DNA of 64,000 nucleotides, from the NCBI GenBank assembly GCA_964019425.1, contig OZ025801.1, positions 992,001 through 1,056,000 of the forward strand, read 5' to 3'. Source of the DNA: Flectonema sp. DT1601. Its lineage: Eukaryota. Shown here one piece after another: positions 1-11,095 of this stretch (its first letter is position 1; the number at the start of each line of letters is the position of its first letter). Made by a program: the position numbers and the translations under genes. The notes under the pieces are model-generated. The model worked only from the letters and a program-made list of their open reading frames with translations. It was not told the DNA's origin and did not search any database.

Positions 1-351
1 CATCCTGTGACGCAGTCAACATGTGTGGCAGCAACGACTGTAAGTAGTGAGAATGATATTAACTGTTACAACCTGATTAGTAACAACCTGATTAGTAACA
101 ACCTGCTTACAACAACTCACTCGTCGACTACCAACAGTAGAACTTCATCTGAGATTGGAGGACATCCTTCTGTTGGACTTCTAAGTTCTCATCACACTGT
201 TGTTACAGATGTTGAGACGCCTGTTTGGGAAAGTGAACCACTTCAGGTTCCGATTGGTGGTACACATTATGAGAGATTACGTTTTTGGGAAATTAAAACA
301 CTTTTAGCTCGGCATTCAAAAGAATCACAGTGGAAATCACCACAGCGATGA
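1..351 (+). CDS. 3' end of a hypothetical protein (partial, runs off the window start)
   Basis: Frame 1 is open from base 1 to the TGA ending at 351. Ser/Thr-rich, same strand as all other genes, no recognisable domain. Confidence 0.35.
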   Translation, partial: HPVTQSTCVAATTVSSENDINCYNLISNNLISNNLLTTTHSSTTNSRTSSEIGGHPSVGLLSSHHTVVTDVETPVWESEPLQVPIGGTHYERLRFWEIKTLLARHSKESQWKSPQR

Positions 352-1344
352 TTAAATACATCATTGCTGTGGTGATTTCCATCATCGTTTTCAGGTATTG
401 TGATACTGTGATGGATTCACTCAAGCTGCGTTGTAATCAATTCACTTACGACCCTGTATACTCCTTCGGGAGTGTTTTTAGCTTATTTTTCTTTTTCTGT
501 AAAGTTAATTCCCCTTTAGTCAAGTCAGTTTACCAATAGTGTTGCACACCTTTTCGTGAACGTAAGGAAGGTTGGCAAGTTCAGTAATTGTTAATTCTTA
601 CTTACCAGTTTTGTTAAGTTACGTAAAGCAAAGCAAAAAAAAAAAAAACAACAAACGATTCGAACGTTCTTTTGTTTTTAATTCATGTTAATATGTTATT
701 TGTGTTTTTGTTGTAATTATTTCCTTGTAAAATGGTCGACTATTTCGACTCACTGTCGTCGTACTTTCAATAATTCGATTGCTTAATTTTGCAGGTGAGT
801 GTTTTTTTTTTTTCCCCCTTCCCACCCTCTCTTACTATTCTCTGAATTTAAAAAAGATTGTGCAGTTGTTGAGGCTTATGATATTTCCCTTCAATTTGGT
901 AAATAACTATTTCGTGGCCTTGTCTGTATTTCTCTTTTTGATACAGGTGAGAGTTTCTTTTTCCCTTGTTTTTTTTCCTTCCCCTCTCTTATTGTTTTTT
1001 GAATTAAAAAGACTGTGCCGATGTACCTCATTTTGTTTACTTTACAAGGCTTACGATATTTTCTGCTATTTTGATAAATTAGTGGCCTTATCTGTCTTTT
1101 TTTTGATACAAAATTATGTTTCTTCTTTTCCTGCTCATTTTTATTCTTCTTCTTGGTATTCAACTTGTTGTTTATCATAGAGTTAAAGGATAAACTTTTT
1201 CAACTCACGTAGCCTTATCAAATTTTTATAGTATTCTTTCGTGCAATAAGCACAATCTCATTCACGAAAATAATTTTTTTTCCCCTCGAAGAAACATTTT
1301 AAGTTACCTTTTATGAGGAAAAAAAAAAAAAAAAAAAGGGTTAT

Positions 1345-1496
1345 GGCCCAAAATACCCCACCTGGTGGCCCAAAATACCCCGAAGTGGCCCAAAATACCC
1401 CAAAGTGGCCCAAAATACCCCAAAGTGGCCCAAAATACCCCAAAGTGGCCCAAAATACCCCAAAGTGGCCCAAAATACCCCGAAGTGGCCCAAAAC
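1345..1496 (+). repeat. 20-bp minisatellite GGCCCAAAATACCCC(A/G)AAGT, about 7.5 units (left arm)
   Basis: Tandem units read directly from the sequence. Confidence 0.95.
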
Positions 1497-3120
1497 CCGG
1501 TCTGGCTGTGCACCCTGGGGTCCCAACCACATAGCTGGGTATGAGGATGGGTCACAGTCACCAGGTATTACTCATACAACCATCAGGGTTTAGAGCATCA
1601 CAAGCACCAGACAGGTCACCTAAATTTACTCGAAAGTTTGGGCAATTCGAACGTCAGCATTCACATTAGCAAGCAACCAGTCCTGAGTACTTAAAGAACC
1701 CAACCATTACGTGTATCAGCCACAGTCACACTTAGTATAGCGTTAGTACAGAGGACACGGATCTGCTATGCAGGGAAGTGACTTGAACTCGTTCAACTAA
1801 TTAATGTGTGCAGATATAAGCGCTGCGAATTGACGGGTCTGAAGTTATGCTTTCCGAAGAGAGCAACCACCCACGCGAGTGTTATTTTGACGCCATAACC
1901 TGTAGCTTTCAACACATAACAACCAGGGATAATTCTCAGTAAGGCCGCCGTCACCGTGAAGCTGCTACGAATATAACTCAGCAAACTAGCAATTCCTCCA
2001 ACTTTTTTCATATGTGCAGACACATAGTCAGCTACACACTTAGAGATTTTCTTAATCTCTTTAAGCTACTTTGCTTTAGCAGTGGATCTTGCTTATACTA
2101 TTTTTTTGGCTGAGTTTCAGTGGCAGCAGGTTGAGTTTCAACTATGTTTCGGGCATCTTAGAGATTGAGAATAAAAGTTCATAGTAAAAGAGTAAAAGCC
2201 TAGAGAGAATGAAAACATTTGTGATTAGGAACCTGAACACTTTACTGAACGAAGCATCGTAGGCAACCAGTTTCCTTCGAGAATCTGCAGGTGGTGCAGG
2301 GCTAAATCGAGATGAGGAAGATAACACCCGTACACCTTAAGCGCACACGGATGTTGAGATAACGTTTGTATGATGTTCACTTGACGAGATTAGCAAAGAC
2401 AAATACTCACGGATAGGTTGGGTTGTTCGTCAGGTCTTGATAGTATTCTCAGCCTCTGGAAGTTTTACTGAGTGCATGCAAAGAACGGTATGTGTGCAGG
2501 GCTGGGTCACCTTACAGAGAACTGCTGTCCTCTTACACGTCATTCCAACCGAATTTCAAAGTCAAGACACCTGCGAGTTACAGACAGCCTGGTCGCAAGC
2601 GACACTCCTGTTTCTGACCGGGTTATCAGGGTATCTAACTCATGCAAGCATGAGAGCTTTTTTAAGGCTACTTTGAATTATCAAGAGCGCAGTACTGCCC
2701 GAAGGGTTCCCGCGTGTCAAGATGCATTTGCATGTGCTGAGCAGAAGTTCCAGAAAGAAGATTACTTTTATCATTTCCCAAGTCATCACATCCTTGACCG
2801 TTTGTGTTATTAGCTTTCAATCAATCCATTACCATAGATCCACAGATGAGTGTGCTGAATAGAAAGTAAAATGGGACGGCAAAAAGCTTTTGTCCAAGTG
2901 ACACAGAAATACTGGCAAGGCAGGTTCCAAAAAAAAAGTTTCAAGAAAAAAAAAAAAAAAAAAAAAAAAAGAAAAAAATTGGAAAAAAAACAAGAAAAAA
3001 AAAAAAAAAAATTGGCAGTGGAAAAAGTTACAACTTGTAGTGAACAGCGAAAAAAAAATCATCACTTCCAGTTTCTGTACACACATTATCCTGATTTACA
3101 AGTTCCCAAAGCCGGGTTCG

Positions 3121-3326
3121 GTATATTTTGGACCACTTCGGGGTATTTTGGGCCACTTTGGGGTATTTTGGGCCACTTTGGGGTATTTTGGGCCACTTTG
3201 GGGTATTTTGGGCCACTTTGGGGTATTTTGGGCCACTTCGGGGTATTTTGGGCCACTTCGGGGTATTTTGGGCCACTTTGGGGTATTTTGGGCCATTTGC
3301 AAAAAAAGTGGGGTATTTTGGGCCAT
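3121..3326 (-). repeat. Same 20-bp minisatellite inverted, about 10 units (right arm)
   Basis: ACTT(T/C)GGGGTATTTTGGGCC tandem units are the reverse complement of the left arm. Confidence 0.95.
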
Positions 3327-3611
3327 TGCCCAAAAAAAAAAAAAAAATCAGCTGATTAGTTATAACTTTGTTAAGCTAAACCAACTTCTACTTTATCATT
3401 TATGTATTGTCAATGCAGCAATTCATTTACTAAGTTAGGTCCTGTCTTCCTATGGCTTTAGCTTTCATTTTTAAGGCTTACTACATACATACGTCCTTTT
3501 TTTCTTGCCAGATTTGTTACAATTATTAGTCAGTCTTCTTTGAATGAGTTTTAAATTATTTTTTCAAACAGATTTTTTTAATCATCTTTCTCAAACACTT
3601 CTGTTCTTTTT

Positions 3612-3696
3612 ATGATGAAATATCAATATATGCCGCCCCAGTCGGAGCTACGGCGATGCCCGAAAAGGCATTCTATAACCCTTAGGACACCGCTGA
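3612..3696 (+). ncRNA. Box C/D snoRNA A (first copy, box C to box D); double guide resembling U31/snR67 plus U58
   Basis: Box C ATGATGA at 3612, D' CGGA, box D CTGA at 3693. D' guide TGCCGCCCCAGT is antisense to the LSU P-loop ACUGGGGCGGCA; the +5 rule gives the E. coli G2251 / yeast Gm2619 position. D guide CCTTAGGACACC is antisense to LSU GGUGUCCUAAGG, the site guided by vertebrate U58. Confidence 0.92.
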
Positions 3697-3736
3697 CACA
3701 ACTCAATTCATTTTGTCTTCACTGTTGCTGTTCGAT

Positions 3737-3816
3737 ATGATGCATAACACAACCCTTTTGGTTAAAGGCTACCCCTTGATGTTACCAAAAATAAATGTCA
3801 AACTCAACAGGTCTGA
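3737..3816 (+). ncRNA. Box C/D snoRNA B (first copy, box C to box D); LSU rRNA guide
   Basis: Variant box C ATGATGC at 3737, C'-like TTGATGT, box D CTGA at 3813. D guide GTCAAACTCAACAGG is antisense to conserved LSU CCUGUUGAG(C/U)UUGAC. Internal stem TTTTGGT/ACCAAAA. Confidence 0.85.
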
Positions 3817-6800
3817 CTTGAACCATCATCTCATCCTTCTCCTGCACTTCTTCACTTTTATGATGAAATATCAATATATGCCGCCCCAGTCGGAGCTACG
3901 GCGATGCCCGAAAAGGCATTCTATAACCCTTAGGACACCGCTGACACAACTCAATTCCTTTTGTCTTCATTCTTGCTGTTCGATATGATGCATAACACAA
4001 CCCTTTTGGTTAAAGGAAACCCCTTGATGTTACCAAAAATAAATGTCAAACTCAACAGGTCTGACTTGAACCAGCATCTCATCCTTCTCCTGCACCTTCA
4101 TTTTTATGATGAAATATCAATATATGCCGCCCCAGTCGGAGCTACGGCGATGCCCGAAAAGGCATTCTATAACCCTTAGGACACCGCTGACACAACTCAA
4201 TTCCTTTTGTCTTCACTCTTGCTGTTCGATATGATGCATAACACAACCCTTTTGGTTAAAGGAAACCCCTTGATGTTACCAAAAATAAATGTCAAACTCA
4301 ACAGGTCTGACTTGAACCAGCATCTCATCCTTCTCCTGCACCTTCATTTTTATGATGAAATATCAATATATGCCGCCCCAGTCGGAGCTACGGCGATGCC
4401 CGAAAAGGCATTCTATAACCCTTAGGACACCGCTGACACAACTCAATTCCTTTTGTCTTCACTCTTGCTGTTCGATATGATGCATAACACAACCCTTTTG
4501 GTTAAAGGAAACCCCTTGATGTTACCAAAAATAAATGTCAAACTCAACAGGTCTGACTTGAACCAGCATCTCATCCTTCTCCTGCACCTTCATTTTTATG
4601 ATGAAATATCAATATATGCCGCCCCAGTCGGAGCTACGGCGATGCCCGAAAAGGCATTCTATAACCCTTAGGACACCGCTGACACAACTCAATGCTTTTT
4701 GTCTTCACTCTTGCTGTTCGATATGATGCATAACACAACCCTTTTGGTTAAAGGCAACCCCTTGATGTTACCAAAAATAAATGTCAAACTCAACAGGTCT
4801 GACTTGAACCAGCATCTCATCCTTCTCCTGCACCTTCATTTTTATGATGAAATATCAATATATGCCGCCCCAGTCGGAGCTACGGCGATGCCCGAAAAGG
4901 CATTCTATAACCCTTAGGACACCGCTGACACAACTCAATTCATTTTGTCTTCACTCTCGCTGTACGATATGATGCATAACACAACCCTTTTGGTTAAAGG
5001 AAACCCCTTGATGTTACCAAAAATAAATGTCAAACTCAACAGGTCTGACTTGAACCAGCATCTCATCCTTCTCCTGCACCTTCATTTTTATGATGAAATA
5101 TCAATATATGCCGCCCCAGTCGGAGCTACGGCGATGCCCGAAAAGGCATTCTATAACCCTTAGGACACCGCTGACACAACTCAATTCATTTTGTCTTCAC
5201 TCTCGCTGTTCGATATGATGCATAACACAACCCTTTTGGTTAAAGGAAACCCCTTGATGTTACCAAAAATAAATGTCAAACTCAACAGGTCTGACTTGAA
5301 CCAGCATCTCATCCTTCTCCTGCACTCCTTCATTTTTATGATGAAATATCAATATATGCCGCCCCAGTCGGAGCTACGGCGATGCCCGAAAAGGCATTCT
5401 ATAACCCTTAGGACACCGCTGACACAACTCAATGCTTTTTGTCTTCACTCTTGCTGTTCGATATGATGCATAACACAACCCTTTTGGTTAAAGGCAACCC
5501 CTTGATGTTACCAAAAATAAATGTCAAACTCAACAGGTCTGACTTGAACCAGCATCTCATCCTTCTCCTGCACCTTCATTTTTATGATGAAATATCAATA
5601 TATGCCGCCCCAGTCGGAGCTACGGCGATGCCCGAAAAGGCATTCTATAACCCTTAGGACACCGCTGACACAACTCAATTCATTTTGTCTTCACTCTCGC
5701 TGTACGATATGATGCATAACACAACCCTTTTGGTTAAAGGAAACCCCTTGATGTTACCAAAAATAAATGTCAAACTCAACAGGTCTGACTTGAACCAGCA
5801 TCTCATCCTTCTCCTGCACCTTCATTTTTATGATGAAATATCAATATATGCCGCCCCAGTCGGAGCTACGGCGATGCCCGAAAAGGCATTCTATAACCCT
5901 TAGGACACCGCTGACACAACTCAATTCATTTTGTCTTCACTCTCGCTGTTCGATATGATGCATAACACAACCCTTTTGGTTAAAGGAAACCCCTTGATGT
6001 TACCAAAAATAAATGTCAAACTCAACAGGTCTGACTTGAACCAGCATCTCATCCTTCTCCTGCACTCCTTCATTTTTATGATGAAATATCAATATATGCC
6101 GCCCCAGTCGGAGCTACGGCGATGCCCGAAAAGGCATTCTATAACCCTTAGGACACCGCTGACACAACTCAATTCCTTTTGTCTTCACTCTTGCTGTTCG
6201 ATATGATGCATAACACAACCCTTTTGGTTAAAGGCAACCCCTTGATGTTACCAAAAATAAATGTCAAACTCAACAGGTCTGACTTGAACCATCACCTCAT
6301 CCTTCTCCTGCACTTCTTCACTTTTATGATGAAATATCAATATATGCCGCCCCAGTCGGAGCTACGGCGATGCCCGAAAAGGCATTCTATAACCCTTAGG
6401 ACACCGCTGACACAACTCAATTCATTTTGTCTTCACTCTTGCTGTTCGATATGATGCATAACACAACCCTTTTGGTTAAAGGCAACCCCTTGATGTTACC
6501 AAAAATAAATGTCAAACTCAACAGGTCTGACTTGAACCATCACCTCATCCTTCTCCTGCACTTCTTCACTTTTATGATGAAATATCAATATATGCCGCCC
6601 CAGTCGGAGCTACGGCGATGCCCGAAAAGGCATTCTATAACCCTTAGGACACCGCTGACACAACTCAATTCCTTTTGTCTTCACTCTTGCTGTTCGATAT
6701 GATGCATAACACAACCCTTTTGGTTAAAGGCAACCCCTTGATGTTACCAAAAATAAATGTCAAACTCAACAGGTCTGACTTGAACCATCACCTCATCCTT

Positions 6801-8609
6801 CTCCTGCACTTCTTCACTTTTATGATGAAATATCAATATATGCCGCCCCAGTCGGAGCTACGGCGATGCCCGAAAAGGCATTCTATAACCCTTAGGACAC
6901 CGCTGACACAACTCAATTCCTTTTGTCTTCACTCTTGCTGTTCGATATGATGCATAACACAACCCTTTTGGTTAAAGGCAACCCCTTGATGTTACCAAAA
7001 ATAAATGTCAAACTCAACAGGTCTGACTTGAACCATCACCTCATCCTTCTCCTGCACTTCTTCACTTTTATGATGAAATATCAATATATGCCGCCCCAGT
7101 CGGAGCTACGGCGATGCCCGAAAAGGCATTCTATAACCCTTAGGACACCGCTGACACAACTCAATTCCTTTTGTCTTCACTCTTGCTGTTCGATATGATG
7201 CATAACACAACCCTTTTGGTTAAAGGCAACCCCTTGATGTTACCAAAAATAAATGTCAAACTCAACAGGTCTGACTTGAACCATCACCTCATCCTTCTCC
7301 TGCACTTCTTCACTTTTATGATGAAATATCAATATATGCCGCCCCAGTCGGAGCTACGGCGATGCCCGAAAAGGCATTCTATAACCCTTAGGACACCGCT
7401 GACACAACTCAATTCCTTTTGTCTTCACTCTTGCTGTTCGATATGATGCATAACACAACCCTTTTGGTTAAAGGCAACCCCTTGATGTTACCAAAAATAA
7501 ATGTCAAACTCAACAGGTCTGACTTGAACCAGCATCTCATCCTTCTCCTGCACCTTCATTTTTATGATGAAATATCAATATATGCCGCCCCAGTCGGAGC
7601 TACGGCGATGCCCGAAAAGGCATTCTATAACCCTTAGGACACCGCTGACACAACTCAATGCTTTTTGTCTTCACTCTTGCTGTTCGATATGATGCATAAC
7701 ACAACCCTTTTGGTTAAAGGCAACCCCTTGATGTTACCAAAAATAAATGTCAAACTCAACAGGTCTGACTTGAACCAGCATCTCATCCTTCTCCTGCACC
7801 TTCATTTTTATGATGAAATATCAATATATGCCGCCCCAGTCGGAGCTACGGCGATGCCCGAAAAGGCATTCTATAACCCTTAGGACACCGCTGACACAAC
7901 TCAATTCCTTTTGTCTTCACTCTTGCTGTTCGATATGATGCATAACACAACCCTTTTGGTTAAAGGCAACCCCTTGATGTTACCAAAAATAAATGTCAAA
8001 CTCAACAGGTCTGACTTGAACCATCACCTCATCCTTCTCCTGCACTTCTTCACTTTTATGATGAAATATCAATATATGCCGCCCCAGTCGGAGCTACGGC
8101 GATGCCCGAAAAGGCATTCTATAACCCTTAGGACACCGCTGACACAACTCAATTCATTTTGTCTTCACTCTTGCTGTTCGATATGATGCATAACACAACC
8201 CTTTTGGTTAAAGGCAACCCCTTGATGTTACCAAAAATAAATGTCAAACTCAACAGGTCTGACTTGAACCAGCATCTCATCCTTCTCCTGCACTCCTTCA
8301 TTTTTATGATGAAATATCAATATATGCCGCCCCAGTCGGAGCTACGGCGATGCCCGAAAAGGCATTCTATAACCCTTAGGACACCGCTGACACAACTCAA
8401 TTCCTTTTGTCTTCATTCTTGCTGTTCGATATGATGCATAACACAACCCTTTTGGTTAAAGGCAACCCCTTGATGTTACCAAAAATAAATGTCAAACTCA
8501 ACAGGTCTGACTTAAACCTTCATCTCATCCTTGGCTAAAGGATGTTGTAAAATTTTTGATATTTATTCGTTTGAATAAAAATATATGTCCATAGATTTTA
8601 GACAATAAA

Positions 8610-9953
8610 ATGGCAGCTGTTGGTTCTTGTGATTGCACAGCCCCGGCGATGGTTTCTGTCGGAAGATTCAAATTGTTGTGGACAGAATTAGGTTCAGAGA
8701 TAGAGAAGAATTGTAAGACTGAAGATGATCAACTGGTAGATATCGCGAAGGTTCTTGAGATGATAAAAAGTGTCCCGAATAGATTGATGGAGTGTAGTCC
8801 GGGAGCAGAAGAAAAGACACGCGAATTTGGAGTCCCAACCAAGACTGGTGTAGAAAAGTATCCAGTAGCAGTATGGGAGAAAGTAAAAGATTTTATTGAC
8901 AGCAAAGTATGGGATTTCGACGAACCCGCATTACCATCAGACAAAGATGATCCTCTTTTAAACAAGAAGCTTTCGTACGGTAATTTCATGTTGGGATTTG
9001 ATTTTCATATCACTCCAGAAGGTCCTAAACTTATCGAGGTAAACACCAATGCTGGGGGACTGGCCACTGCGTTATCAATTGGCGGATGTAACCAGTTTGA
9101 AAAAACTCTTTTGAAACAAAACTGGATTACTGCGCTGCTTGACGAATACAAATCTGCTACTGGAGCTGAACTTCCGCGTAATATGGTGATAGTCGATGAG
9201 AACCCATCTGAACAAGGGCTTTATGCAGAAATGCTTCACTTTGCAAAACTAGCAGAGTCACACATACATAAGGAGTGTAAAAGTACTTCATTTCGGTGTT
9301 TCGTTTGTGATCCTTCTGAACTGACTGTTGACAAAGAGACGAATGTGTTGAACTACACAGATGATTTCGGTACTAAGGTAGCTATTGACTTGATGTACAA
9401 CAGACTTACTGATTTTAGATTTGAGGAAGAAGCCACTCAACACATCAGGAAGGCTTGTCTTGACAACAAACTCGTAGTCACACCTCATCCAGCATCATAC
9501 GTTAGAGTTGCTGATAAAAGGTTGTTACCGTTAATGGAACACGATGTCGTACCAGCGACAATCCCTTTGTCATCTAAACCGATGGAATTTTGGGGGAAAA
9601 ATAAAAAGAAATATGTGTTTAAACCAGCATCAGGAAATGCATCAAAAGGAGTGTATCGCGGAGATAAAATCAGCGTAACAAAGTTAAAAACCCTTCCGAT
9701 GGATGAGACGCTGGCCCAGGAATTCTGTCCACCTGGTGAGTCAGATGACGGTAGTAAGTATGACCTTCGTGTGTACACAAGTGGTGATCAGATACTGGGT
9801 GTTGCTAGCCGGCAGTTTACAGGACAGGTTATGGAAATGCGTTCTGAAAATTCTGGTTTTAGAGCAGCCTTACCAGAAAACGTTTGCTGCTTCAGTGCAC
9901 TCCCGGGATTCTTCCAAAATGAGGAAGTCGCATCTCCGAATTGTTGCAAGTGA
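8610..9953 (+). CDS. ATP-grasp ligase, circularly permuted / glutathione-synthetase-like bacterial type
   Basis: 447-aa ORF with motifs GFDFH...GPKLIEVNTNAGG, DLMYNRLTDF, ADKRLL, FKPASGNASKGVYRG, AQEF, YDLRVY. The E-x-N motif lies N-terminal to the K-P/G-loop, which is the permuted order. Confidence 0.8.
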   Translation: MAAVGSCDCTAPAMVSVGRFKLLWTELGSEIEKNCKTEDDQLVDIAKVLEMIKSVPNRLMECSPGAEEKTREFGVPTKTGVEKYPVAVWEKVKDFIDSKVWDFDEPALPSDKDDPLLNKKLSYGNFMLGFDFHITPEGPKLIEVNTNAGGLATALSIGGCNQFEKTLLKQNWITALLDEYKSATGAELPRNMVIVDENPSEQGLYAEMLHFAKLAESHIHKECKSTSFRCFVCDPSELTVDKETNVLNYTDDFGTKVAIDLMYNRLTDFRFEEEATQHIRKACLDNKLVVTPHPASYVRVADKRLLPLMEHDVVPATIPLSSKPMEFWGKNKKKYVFKPASGNASKGVYRGDKISVTKLKTLPMDETLAQEFCPPGESDDGSKYDLRVYTSGDQILGVASRQFTGQVMEMRSENSGFRAALPENVCCFSALPGFFQNEEVASPNCCK

Positions 9954-11095
9954 GTGTCTGCGGTCAACAACTTTTATCTGAATGGTTTTTTATTTCTTTT
10001 TTTTTTCTTTCTTTTCTGATAGGAATGCCATCAAGGTGGAAATATTGAGGTTACAGGTCTCTTGATCTAGTATGCCCCCTTGATTAAACTAACCTTCTAC
10101 CGTTCTGTATAAATACTAAAAAAAAATGGAATGAAGTCGTATCAAAACAAATGTGTTTTTTATAAGTAGTGCAACTATCTTCGTCATTCTAACTACAAAC
10201 TACCATGAAATGAAGTCAGTATAAGATTTGAGTCCTGAGACTTACAAAACCGCAGAAATTGAGTATTTCTCGTTTGTTTACTTTTTTATATTTCATTATT
10301 TTGAATTTTTTGTTTCTTTTTATTTTTGAAATAGTAGTACAAAAAAAAAAAAAAAAAACTAACTTTGTAAGCGTATTACTGCATAACAACAATGAGCACT
10401 CACCGTGTTTGCTGTGTTATTCTGTTTTTATTTTTGTTTTTCGATTTATGTGCAAACGCCATCAGTAAATTTTTCCCTCGAAAGGACCATTTATATTTGG
10501 GGTTTTTTTTTTTTTAAATTTGTTAATATCTGAGAAGTGTGGACTTACTTTCACTGATGTGGTGTTTCAGGTTCCTCTGAAACGATGGCTATCTTCCCAT
10601 TGTCGGTTTGAACAGAGTTTTTTACTAACTAAATTGAACTCGTACACTAACAAACTACCCCCCCCCAAAAAAAAATCTCAATACCACTAACCACTCATTC
10701 GTTAGTATCCCGCATTTATAGCTGTAAATGCTGAAAAGGACAAAACGCGATGAGTAGAGTGCTGGGTAAGGGGGTATGGTCCGACCTTATGATGTATCGA
10801 TTTATTTTTTTCTTTATTTTTGTTGATAACTCTTCTCGCAATTGTTGTCTAAAAAACCCTCCAAATATTCTATCTCTTTTTGTTGTCCATTTAATAATTT
10901 TTTTTATAATGATGATTTTAGGAAGGTAAATTGAATGCATTTTGCTTAACCCCGTGGACACCGCCGGAATCCTTCTGAAGATTATTTGCTTTAGTGCCTA
11001 GTATAAAATATTTTTGCAATGTAACGAGTGTTTTGGTTTAGTCTTGCCTTGTATTCTTATTTTATCTCTCTCACAGTATCAAATGCGAAGTTAGC

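Larger units (their letters stand above)
1338..3331. mobile_element. Non-autonomous foldback/Mutator-like DNA transposon with minisatellite terminal inverted arms
   Basis: Left end GGGTTATGGCCCAAAATACCCCAC matches the reverse complement of the right end, GGGCAATGGCCCAAAATACCCCAC. Both arms are tandem 20-mers in opposite orientation, A-runs flank both ends, and the interior has no intact long ORF. Confidence 0.75.
3607..8532 (+). repeat. Tandem array 1: 20 units of 246/248 bp, each with two box C/D snoRNA genes
   Basis: Period of 246 or 248 bp seen directly. Near-identical units, with variation mostly in the pyrimidine-rich spacers. Confidence 0.97.

Noticed and set aside
1345..1496. Telomeric repeat
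   Set aside because: The unit is 20 bp, internal, and paired with an inverted array 1.6 kb away, which fits transposon arms.
1258..3438. ORFs with GYFGPLWGILGHF / AQNTPKWPKIP repeats
   Set aside because: They are translations of the stop-free 20-bp minisatellite in several frames on both strands.
3612..3816. 5S rRNA, SL RNA or tRNA gene array
   Set aside because: No SL exon, 5S or tRNA motifs are present. The rRNA similarity is limited to short antisense guides next to D/D' boxes.
3713..8434. Repeated 72/91-aa ORFs in array 1 (and 36314-39526 in array 2)
   Set aside because: They have TTG starts, a 2-bp indel shifts the frame between units, and conservation follows snoRNA boxes and guides rather than codons.
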